From Macrostomum lignano (lineage: Eukaryota), in assembly GCA_002269645.1 (NCBI GenBank), contig NIVC01000010.1, forward strand, positions 868,001 through 932,000: DNA of 64,000 nucleotides, read 5' to 3'. Under the pieces are notes generated by a model that ran no database searches, was not told where the DNA came from, and was given only the letters and a program-made list of their open reading frames with translations. Every line of letters starts with the position of its first letter. The first letter of the stretch is position 1. A program made the translations under genes and the position numbers. Of the stretch, positions 1 through 11,272 are shown in pieces.

Positions 1-2729
1 TCGGTAAAGTTGACGCTGAACGCTATTAAAAATGCGTTCACAACGATTAGCAGGTCGAATGTGTACTTGAAGAACCTTTAATTGGGAAAGGCAAATTTGC
101 TGGCAGTGAAATTGTACACATTTTGAACTAACTAAATACTCTAAAACTATTTCTAATTCAATTTTCTATACATATCGGCTAATATTAACTAGTAGTTAAG
201 TTATTCAGGCTCTGAGAACTTCTAAGAATATAAATAATGAGTATCTGCTGCTCGATAATGCAGTGTTACCTGTGCCTAACTATGAACTTGATCAGCTGAC
301 TGGGAGCAGAGTTGTACACGGTTGGCAGGCAGGACTCCAACAGCAGCGTTCGGTCTTTGAGCTCAGTGACGCCGACATTGAGCAGGTCGGGTAGTCGGGT
401 GAATTGTGCTTTGGCTGCAATTTATTTTTAGACAGTAAGGGACATAGAGAGGACAGTAAGGGACATAGAGAGGACAGTAAGGGACATAGAGAGGACAGTA
501 AGGGACATACAGAGGACAGTAAGGGACATAGAGAGGACAGTAAGGGACATAGAGAGGGCAGTAAAGGACATAGAGAGGGCAGTAAGGGACATAGAGAGGA
601 CAGTAAGGGACATAGAGAGGACAGTAAGGGACATAGAGAGGGCAGTAAGGGACATAGAGAGGGCAGTAAGGGACATAGAGAGGACAGTAAGGGACAAAGA
701 GAGGACAGTAAGGGACATAAAGAGGACAGTAAGGGACATAGAGAGGACAGTAAGGGACATAGAGAGGGCAGTAAGGGACATAGAGAGGGCAGTAAGGGAC
801 ATAGAGAGGGCAGTAAGGGACATAGAGAGGACAGTAAGGGACAAAGAGAGGACAGTAAGGGACATGAAGAGGACAGTAAGGGACATAGAGAGGGCAGTAA
901 GGGACATGAAGAGGACAGTAAGGGACATAGAGAGGGCAGTAAGGGACATGAAGAGGACAGTAAGGGACATAGAGAGGACAGTAAGGGACATGAAGAGGAC
1001 AGTAAGGGACATAGAGAGGGCACTAAGGGACATGAAGAGGACAGTAAGGGACATAGAGAGGGCACTAAGGGACATGAAGAGGACAGTAAGGGACATAGAG
1101 AGGGCACTAAGGGACATAGAGAGGACAGTAAGGGACATAGAGAGGACAGTAAGGGACATGAAGAGGACAGTAAGGGACATGAAGAGGACAGTAATGGACA
1201 TAGAGAGGGCACTAAGGGACATAGAGAGGGCAGTAAGGGACATAGAGAGGTCACTAAGGGACATAGAGAGGGCAGTAAGGGACATAGAGAGGGCACTAAG
1301 GGACATAGAGAGGGCAGTAAGGGACATAGAGAGGGCACTAAGGGACATAGAGAGGGCACTAAGGGACATAGAAGAGGACAGTAAGGGACATAGAGAGGAC
1401 AGTAAGGGACATAGAGGGGCAACACATAAACTTTATAAGAGTTTACGTGGCCCCTCAGTGCCTCACCGGCAAAGCACCTGCTCACTCACTCAGGTAATCG
1501 TTAGTGCCGCCATTGAGCACATTGAGAAAGAGCTGTGCCAACTCTGAACTTTTGTTAGGATAGATAGTTTTAAACAGACGAAACCAAGCGTCCTTAGTTA
1601 CCACGTCGCCAAGGTCTGGAAGGCTGTTGATTTTTAAGCAGTCGAATGCTCTGCCGATCAACCTGCGCTTGATGTGGACGCTGGTTCGGACTTCGCTCTT
1701 GAATTGGGATGGGGCGAATACGGAATGAGCAGTGAGTATGGGGTGACAGATTGACGGTTAATTATCTGAACTTCAGGAGCTGGATATAGGGTGAATTGAT
1801 CACGTCAGGAGCTGGATATAGGGTGAATTGATGACGTCAGGAGCTGGATAGGGTGAATTGATCACGTCAGGAGCTGGATAGGGGTGAATTGATCACGTCA
1901 GGAGCTGGATATAGGGTGAATTGATCACGTCAGGAGCTGAATGGGGTGAATTGATCACGTCAGGAGCTGAATGGGGTGAATTGATCACGTCAGGAGCTGG
2001 ATAGGGTGAATTGATCACGTCAGGAGCTGGATAGGGGTGAATTGATCACGTCAGGAGCTGGATAGGGTGAATTGATCACGTCAGGAGCTGGATAGGGTGA
2101 ATTGATCACGTCAGGAGCTGGATAGGGGTGAATTGATCACGTCAGGAGCTGGATATAGGGTGAATTGATCACGTCAGGAGCTGGATAGGGTGAATTGATG
2201 ACGTCAGGAGCTGAATGGGGTGAATTGATCACGTCAGGAGCTGGATAGGGTGAATTGATCACGTCAGGAGCTGGATAGGGGTGAATTGATCACGTCAGGA
2301 GCTGGATAGGGTGAATTGATCACGTCAGGAGCTGGATAGGGTGAATTGATCACGTCAGGAGCTGGATAGGGGTGAATTGATCACGTCAGAAGCTGGATAT
2401 AGGGTGAATTGATCACGTCAGGAGCTGGATAGGGTGAATTGATGACGTCAGCTGGATTGGGGTGATTTATATATGGGGCTGAAAAACCAACCTTTAAATA
2501 ATTTTTGTAGTTGTTGTAGATTACGGCCAAGAAGATACTCATAAAAATATAGTTGCAGACTACGACGAATACGAAAAAGAATATTATGTAGAAGTTATTT
2601 GCGTCGTACGAAGGCATCCTGAAATTTTTTGCATAGGGTAGCAGAAAGTGTTTTGTGTTTCGCGAATGACTAAGTTTGTCATACAAATCAACTTGCAGGG
2701 AGACGGAAAACATCAGTGCGACAGCGGCT

Positions 2730-2776
<47 letters not shown>

Positions 2777-3385
2777 TCCCAAATTTGAACATCAATTATT
2801 TCTCACATGACATCGGGGCTGTTAGCTGTGGTGATCAGGATGTACAAGTCCCAGATTGACTCCAGGTAGCTCTCAAAGTAGGGCGCCCCGTTGGGATACC
2901 GAAGCGTGCGCGAGGCCCTGTTAAAAAATACGTGACAGATTGGAGCAATGAAGTTATTCTTTCTTTTCACAGATTTTTGTTTAGAAACAGCTGAGGAAAA
3001 ACTGCACCAGAATTCTATTTGGTGTGCAATTATCCCGAATCAGGTGCGAATGAAGATTGCGAATTCTGGCAGAAGCCGAATTATTGGATGCAACTGCTCC
3101 GGGCGACTTTGACGTCCACAGTAATTTTCTTTAAACAGCACAAAGAACAGCTTTATACGCCCAGGTGCTGCTGGGCACAAAGACTGCAAAATCGAAATAA
3201 AAAATTGGCATCACAAATAAGCATCGGCGAAAACGCACCTGGCTGAGAACAGCTTCATGGCCAGCAAAGCAAAAACTGCCATCAGAAATCCGACGAGAAT
3301 AAATACAGTGGCGATTTTCACCAGGGTCTTGCGGGTATTGCGGAATGCCCTGCGAATCTGATGGATAGATTTGGATATAGATAGG

Positions 3386-3422
<37 letters not shown>

Positions 3423-3428
3423 TTGGAT

Positions 3429-3466
<38 letters not shown>

Positions 3467-3476
3467 TTGGATATAT

Positions 3477-3524
<48 letters not shown>

Positions 3525-3657
3525 GTAGATAGATAGATAGATAGATAGGTAGATAGGTAGATAGATTGATAGATAGGTAGATAGATAGGTAGATAGATAG
3601 ATAGATAGATAGATAGGTAGATAGGTAGATAGATTGATAGATAGGTAGATAGATAGG

Positions 3658-3692
<35 letters not shown>

Positions 3693-3693
3693 G

Positions 3694-3772
<79 letters not shown>

Positions 3773-3773
3773 G

Positions 3774-3804
<31 letters not shown>

Positions 3805-3805
3805 G

Positions 3806-3886
<81 letters not shown>

Positions 3887-5288
3887 TATAATCACCTGCT
3901 TGCCCTCAGGGAAGTTGATCATGTACAGCGGTCTCAGTATGCGGAACCAGCGAACCGGCGCATCAGCGCTGCCGGAGACTCCAAACCAGATTAGAAAGCA
4001 AAAAACGTCTATCACGTTTAGCTGCAATCATTTTTTATTTTCTGAGCATTCAAATAAAATGTTTAATACTCTGCTATGCCATACTAAAATATGACAAAGA
4101 CTTGCTGCTCACCGCAATGCACACGACCACGACAATATTTTTGATGTCGCGAAAAAATTGCACAGACTCCGTGATAGAAAAGTACCACCAGATTCGGAAC
4201 GCAAAGAAGCCGATGCAGCTGCACTCGAGTAGCAGGGGAATCTGCGAGTTTTCGGAGCCAAATTTTAGGCCACATAAAACCATATCAGACTCAAACCATT
4301 GGCAGAAAAAGTATAAGCGCTCCTGGATCTGGCGCCCCATGTGTTCGCGTTCCTGGTGCTAAAGCCCCTGGTGCTAAAGCCCCTGGTGCTGATGCGTGTA
4401 AAAAATCTGTTTCAGGACGGTATCACATCAATGTCAAATCGCATCCCTTTACAGCTCACCCAAACAGGCACTTCGGCCATAGCTGGAATCTGAGGCCGCT
4501 CCATCACGATTACCAATAGATCTGCCACTATGAACACGTAGAATATGATGGTCATTGCCCAGTGGCAGTAGAGCTGGTATGACCTGCAACATTGGTGTTC
4601 GGGAGTTCTTAGTTCTTACCTTCTCTGTGGCCCTCCTTCTCTCTCAGATTTACATGTACATGTATTTTAATTACTCTCAGATCTATTCTCATCTCTCTAA
4701 AGTATGTTCTCATTTCTCTCTCAGATCTACATGTATTTTCATTTCTCTCATATCTATTCTCATCTCTCTAAGGTATGTTCGCATCTCTCTCTCTCAGATC
4801 TATCTTATTTCTTTCTCTCCGATCTCGATCTATTCTCATTTTTCTCTCAGATTGATTCTAATTTCTCTTTCTGATATATTCTCATCTCTTTCAGATTTAT
4901 TCTCACTTCTCAGATCTATTCTCATTTTTCACAGATCTAGTTTCATTTCTCAGATCTATTCTCATCTCTCCCTCTCAAATCTATTCTCAGTATTCTCTTT
5001 TAGATCTATTCAGTAAATTAAACAGCACCTGAGAGACTTTGGATCAGATTTGAAAGGCATGCTTCGTCCCACAACGCTGTCCGTCAATAGTATGGCAGCC
5101 AGCAGCATAGCGTGATCTGGATCTGCAGCATCAGCATTGCCGCAATGACTTGATGAAGCATCGCAGTTTATGGCCGATCCTGCAGGCGAAGATACCATCT
5201 CCTGTTTCTGCTCCTGCCGCATGCTGATCGCCACTTCATCAACTGCAACAGCAGCGCCTGCTTCCACTTCACTCGACTGCTCAATCAT
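1..5288 (-). CDS. TPCN3: Two-pore channel 3 (TPC3), N-terminal ~60%; gene continues past the left edge
   Basis: Exons (minus): 5029-5288, 4460-4583, 4113-4241, 3896-4021, 3239-3357, 2807-2917, 2492-2618, 1490-1697, 270-414, 1-75, all GT-AG with consistent phases. Motifs: [25 protein letters not shown] (S4), [24 protein letters not shown] (pore I), [13 protein letters not shown] (S6), LPDLLNV...[20 protein letters not shown]. The NSPDV pore and these motifs fit the TPC3 subfamily. Confidence 0.88.
431..1415. repeat. 21-bp minisatellite in a TPC3 intron
   Basis: Unit GACAGTAAGGGACATAGAGAG; explains the long spurious ORFs at 292-1547. Confidence 0.95.
1772..2446. repeat. 30-32-bp minisatellite in a TPC3 intron
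   Basis: Unit TTGATCACGTCAGGAGCTGGATAGGGTGAA. Confidence 0.95.
3362..3885. repeat. (GATA)n microsatellite
   Basis: Direct reading; a short (GACA)n also lies at 2728-2776. Confidence 0.95.
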
Positions 5289-5439
5289 TGTCAAATTATT
5301 GGCTTCCTGCGGATTCGGAAATCAATATCTTCATTAGCCTACTTCAAGTAAACGTGCCGATTTTGAAAACAACTATTTTTAAAATTGCTCAAAACGTTGG
5401 TTTGATTCAGAATCCGAGTGCCTGTTTTAAGCGCCACTA

Positions 5440-5740
5440 TTCAAATCATTTCTGAAATCGAGTGATTATTCCTGTCTGCATATTCAAATAAAATTTCCGC
5501 AATCGAGTGATTATTCTTGTCTGAATATTCAAATCATTTCCGCAATCGAGTGATTATTCGTGTCTGAATATTCAAATCATATCCGCAATCGAGTGATTAT
5601 TCTGTCTGCATATTCAAATCATTTCTGCAATCGAGTGATTATTCGTGTCTGCATAGTCAAATCATTTCCGCAATCGAGTGATTATTCGTGTCTGCATAGT
5701 CAAATCATTTCCGCAATCGAGTGATTATTCTGTCTGCCTG
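5440..5740. repeat. ~40-bp minisatellite
   Basis: Unit AATCGAGTGATTATTCGTGTCTGCATATTCAAATCATTTCCGC-like. Confidence 0.9.
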
Positions 5741-6254
5741 ATTGATTGATGCCCGTTATAAAGAATTACGCTCGCAGAATTATAATACATAATACAACAG
5801 AAATTAAAGTTAATAACTCTAGCTAGAATTTTAAACTTGATTAAATCATCAATAAACTAGCAGTAACGTTAACAATAATGGAACGAATTGTGATCTTAAA
5901 CATTTATTTAAAATAAACAAGAAAACAAGAAAAACAATCAACATTAACAAGCTGAAATTTATTGATTTTTTAAATAAGTGGCAACTATTGTAAACATATG
6001 AAAAAAGCAGCAATATAGGAAGCACAAAAAACGCTGGAAAAGGAAAAAAAACTCGAAAAACAAACAACAATTTTGACAATCGAAAAAGTAGAAACGGGAA
6101 AATTTGGATACAAAAGCGGAACAAAAACAGCAAAGAAAAAAACGAAATGCTAAAAAATTGCCAAAAATCTCGACAAATAACAGAAGGAGAGACCGCCGCT
6201 TGGCTCTCTGAAACAGTGCCAGTTTAGAAGGAGCAACTACAAAGAGTTTATTGG

Positions 6255-7075
6255 AGATTTTAAGGGAGTTTATCAGAGATTATCGAGAAAGTTTATCAGA
6301 GATTATCGAGGGAGTTTGTCAGAGATTATCTAAGGAGTGTATGAGATAGTATAGAGGGAGTCTATCAGAGATTATCGAGGGAGTTTATCAGAGATTATCG
6401 GGAGTTTATTAGAGATTATCGGGAGTTTATCAGAGATTATCGAGAGTTTATCAGAGATTATCGAGAGTTTATCAGAGATTATCTAAGGAGTGTATCAGAT
6501 ATTATAGAGGGAGTCTATCAGAGATTATCGAGGGAGTTTATCAGAGATTATCGGGATTTTATCAGAGATTATCGAGAGTTTATCAGAGATTATCTAGGGA
6601 GTTTATCAGAGATTATTTAGGGAGTTTATCAGATATTTTCGAGGGAGTTTATCAGAGATTATTTAGGGAGTTTATCAGAGATTATCTAGGGAGTTTATCA
6701 GAGATTATCGAGGGAGTTTATCAGAGATTATCGAGGGAGTCTATCAGATATTATCGAGAGTTTATCAGAGATTATCGAGGAAGTTTATCAGATATTATAG
6801 AGGGAGTCTATCAGATATTATCGGGAGTTTATCAGATTATCGAGGAAGTTTATCAGATATTATAGAGGGAGTCTATCAGAGATTATCGGGAGTTTATCAG
6901 AGATTATCGAGAGTTTATCAGAGATTATCGGGAGTTTATCAGAGATTATCGAGAGTTTATCAGAGATTATCGAGAGTTTATCAGAGATTATCGAGAGAGT
7001 TTATCAGAGATTATCGAGAGAGTTTATCAGAGATCGAGAGAGTTTATCAGAGATTATCGAGAGAGTTTATCAGCG
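6255..7075. repeat. 19-23-bp minisatellite
   Basis: Unit AGAGATTATCGAG(GG)AGTTTATC. Confidence 0.93.
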
Positions 7076-7153
7076 ATAGCAGTAGAAGATTAGAATGCTA
7101 ACCATAACTTCAGAGCGATCCAAACTAACAAGCGAGCGCTACTGCCCAACTTT

Positions 7154-8026
7154 TCATCGATAGCGCCAATGACGATTAATTGCCATTATCTTATCGTAGG
7201 CCCTGATATTGTCAACCATGAGCATCAGCTCAGCCTCGGCCCGGCGCATCTCCGAGTCCGGACTCTCCAGAGGCCACATGCTGCGTTGAATTTGGCGCAA
7301 AGTTCTCGGCGACGGGGTGCTGCGACAGCTTTCAGAGTCTGTGGAATCTTTATCCTCTGCCTCAGCTGCTTGTTCAACAGCCGAACTGCTCTCGGCAGCA
7401 GCCAGGATGCTGGGCACTTCCTCATCATCGCTCTGCTCCTCGCATTCGGCAATGGCTGGCAGAACCGGTTTAAACTGCAAGCCACCATTTAAACTGGAAT
7501 TGGCGCCAACAGTCCGGCGCCGATTCACAATCTGGCGCCTGGGTTCAGCTGGCATAGTCGGCTCAATTATTATTGTCCTCTCAGTCTCCAACGCTTCATC
7601 ATTGTTGGCTTCATCTTCGTCGAATAGAGACGACAGTAGATTAGGCTCGACTGGCTCAGCAGCAACCGCTTGTGGATTTTCCCCACTAATACGAATCCTT
7701 TTCGAAGCCGGATGAAGCTGCTCATCCTCGCCGGAAGCTGGAGCGTCCTGCTCGGCAGGATAGGCTGTAGCCAGTCGATCACGAAGCCAGTTAGCAAAAG
7801 CAGATGAGTTCGTACATCCAACCTGGTCCATCAACGGCCGGTACTGACTGTGCGACGACAACAGACGGTGCAAATCGTTCGAAATTGACTGCAGACTGGC
7901 AAACAGTTCTGGTAGCTGCTGTCTTCTTTTAGAACTGCCGCCGCTGCTGCTAACATCGCTACTATTTGACGAAGAAGGCCGAGGACGTTTAATATTAGAC
8001 TTTCCGCTGGGCTTGATATGCGACAT
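7154..8026 (-). CDS. Orphan 290-aa protein, probably nuclear and disordered
   Basis: Single ATG-started, non-repetitive ORF with a strong acceptor (tttctttttgctgcag, ends 8062) 35 nt upstream. It has basic NLS-like patches (KRPRP, SKRIRI), acidic tracts and a C-terminal helix. No family recognised. Confidence 0.65.
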   Translation of the reverse strand: MSHIKPSGKSNIKRPRPSSSNSSDVSSSGGSSKRRQQLPELFASLQSISNDLHRLLSSHSQYRPLMDQVGCTNSSAFANWLRDRLATAYPAEQDAPASGEDEQLHPASKRIRISGENPQAVAAEPVEPNLLSSLFDEDEANNDEALETERTIIIEPTMPAEPRRQIVNRRRTVGANSSLNGGLQFKPVLPAIAECEEQSDDEEVPSILAAAESSSAVEQAAEAEDKDSTDSESCRSTPSPRTLRQIQRSMWPLESPDSEMRRAEAELMLMVDNIRAYDKIMAINRHWRYR

Positions 8027-8689
8027 TGCTACAGTTTGAACTTTGAACTTTGAAAGGCGACCTGCAGCAAAAAGAAATGAGACACAGGTAACACAGGTAA
8101 AATAGGAAAGAAGTGACCTTAATCGACTTTAGAGTCCCACACAGGCTGCCTATAAAATATGTCTATAAAATAAGTTACCTATTTGCACTATTAGATTACT
8201 GCGTATTTCAATATATAGACAGACTATATAAAGTCAATCATATGTATTTATTATATCACATTATTGAAGCATGGGAATCAATCGAAGCAGCAAATCGGCA
8301 AGGACAAATGAGACACAACAACACCTTACTAATAGTAATTTGTTCATATATCGAATATGAGCTCGCACAAACAATCGTATTAATCTTTTAAACACAGCAA
8401 AAAACTGTTTTTAATGTGTAACTCCACTAAACAAACGTAGAAATCTTTTAATAGACAATTGAGAGAAAATCAAGTTTCACAAAATCAGTTTCCATGACAA
8501 CTAATTTATGATTCAGCATGCCTTTTACCTTTTATAATTTTCACATTGGCAGGCAGAATAATTCGAGCATCACTACTGTTAGTAACTAAGTGAATACTAT
8601 AATCTTTCTGTAATTATTTAACAAGAAAGCACAGGTACATATGATCATACAGTGCTGTGTATTTTTATATTTTCAAGTAGATACAGCTC

Positions 8690-9445
8690 AGGTAGATGCT
8701 GAGGCGAATCTCAGGTAAATTTTAGGAGGGAATCTCAGGTAGATTCCGGGAGGGTCTCACGTAGATTCAGGGGGGGATCTCAGGTAGATTCCGGGGGGAT
8801 CTCAGGTAGATTCGGTAAATCTCAGATAGATTCCGGATGATCTCAGGTAAATTCAGGGGGAATCTCACGTAGATTCGGGGAATCTCAGGTAGATTCCGGG
8901 GGATCTCAGGTAGATTCAGGGGGAATTTCAGTTAGATTCAGGGGCGAGTCTTAGGTAGATTCAGGGGGAATTTCAGTTAGATTCAGGGAAATTTCAGGTA
9001 GATTCAGGGGCGAGTCTCAGGTAGATTCAGGGGGAATCTCAGGTAGATTCAGGGGGAATTTCAGTTAGATTCAGGGGCGAGTCTCAGGTAGATTCTGGGG
9101 GAATCTCAGGTAGATTCAGGGAGGAGGAATTTCAGGTAGATTCAGGGAGGGGGAATCTCAGGTAGATTCAGGGGGAATTTCAGGTAGATTCAGGGAGGGG
9201 GGATCTCAGGTAGATTCAGGGGGAATTTCAGGTAGATTCAGGGGCGAGTCTCACGTAGATTCAGGGGGAATTTCAGGTAGATTTAGGGGCGAATCTCAGT
9301 TAGATTCAGGGGAATTTCAGGTAGATTCAGGGGGAATTTCAGGTAGATTCAGGGAGGGGGAATCAGGTAGATTCAGGGAGGGGAATTTCAGGTAGATTCA
9401 GGGAGGGGGAATCAGGTAGATTTAGGGGCGAATCTCAGTTAGATT
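8690..9445. repeat. ~21-bp minisatellite
   Basis: Unit TCAGGTAGATTCAGGGGGAAT(T). Confidence 0.92.
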
Positions 9446-9576
9446 GAAGGGCATTCAGTTGGGCATCAGGCTAGAAAATATCGAAGCCTGGGTTAATAAT
9501 CTAGAGCAAAATCATGAGCGCCAATACAAATCGGTTTCCTTGATTATTATACTCATGATCAATCTGTCCTCATGCA

Positions 9577-11004
9577 CTAGAACATGCCGAACGGATTCAG
9601 CCTGTCAGGATAAGCTGAGGATTTCTCTTTTTTAGCAGCCCCACGGGTGGCTCCGCCGGCCGCTCCAACAGAGGAGGACAGCAGGTGGTCGGTGGCCGCG
9701 GAGCTGCGCTGCTCTTGAGTGGCGCCTCTGCCAGGCTGCATGCCGGATGACGAAGCGACCCGGTGCATCCCAATGGCCGAGGAGGTGGCAGAGCCGGCCG
9801 TGCCAGCTGATTGATGAAGCTGACCACTAGGAGGCTGGCCGCCGAGAAATACTTCGAATGGATTTTTTGGTTCTCGCGTGTTGCCAGGCTGGTTGCTAGG
9901 GGCGCCGGCGGAAGCGGAAGAAGACGATCTGGCCAGCTTGCCGCTATCGGAGCTTCCAGTTGGAGTTGCCGGGGTCAACTCTTTGGCAATGACAATGGCC
10001 GGAGGCTGCGGCGGAGGCGGAACTGGCGCCGGCGCCGGCGCCACAGGAGGAGCGGGCGGCGCCGTGGCGCCATTCCAGAATACCCCTTTGGCAATGGAAT
10101 CCGAGATGATGGAGAACGTGGCGCTGGGATTCGCTTGGCTAAGCGTGTCGATCAAACGAGAGGACGAGTCGCCGCTCTGGCTGCGCCAAAGCTTCAAAGC
10201 GAGACGGATGGAGGTTGGGAGAAAATGAGTCAACATGGGAAAATCCAAAAATTCGGTGACAAATCAGAATGGAAAATCCACAGTCAAAATCAAAACGGAA
10301 AATCCCCAGTCAAAATCAGAATGGAAAATCCCCAGTCAAAATCAGAATGGAAAATCCCCAGTCAAAATCAAAATGGAAAATCCCCAGACAAAATCAGAAT
10401 GGAAAATCCCCAGACAATTTAGAATGGAAAATGCCACGCAAAAAACTCTCACCGAGACGGCCTCCAGAGCTTCCCGATTCTCAGCAGCACAGTTCGGACA
10501 CTCGGCTTCAGTTTCGCTGAAGCTCTGGAAGCAATGCAAGTGGAAACTGTGATCGCACAGGAAGTGCACAGACGGTATGTCCAGCTGGGAATGGCAGATG
10601 CTGCAGCGCTGATTTTGAAACACTTTTGGCTGCAGCTGCAACTCCTCCATCTGGCGCTGGATTGACTGAGTCTTAGTCCTGGCCTCTTCAACAATACGCT
10701 CGTCAGCTTCAGCTTGAGCTGCTTCATCGCGCAGATGCTCAACTAGAAAGCTGGATATAGCGCCCAGAGTGGCCTGGGAGTGGGTGCACAGCAAGCTGAC
10801 TATGGAGAGTGGGGACATTAGGCCCGTACTGCGCATGTACTCCAGCACCCGAGCCAGGTACTGCTGAGCTGCCGGCTCGTCTGACCTGGCATTTGGGGGG
10901 GGGGTTAAACGACTCATTATTAATAAGCAATTATTTACGCATTCATTTCGAATACCGATTATGGATTATGATAGCAGCATTCGTTACGATGCTATCTATC
11001 TATC

Positions 11005-11057
<53 letters not shown>

Positions 11058-11074
11058 ATCTATCTATCTATCTG

Positions 11075-11140
<66 letters not shown>

Positions 11141-11205
11141 GATCTATCCATCTATCCATCTATCTATCTATCTATCTATCCATCTATCTATCTATCCATC
11201 TATCC

Positions 11206-11272
<67 letters not shown>

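Noticed and set aside
5849-6133. Hydrophobic 94-aa ORF as a membrane protein
   Set aside because: Antisense reading of an A-rich UTR or intergenic tract.
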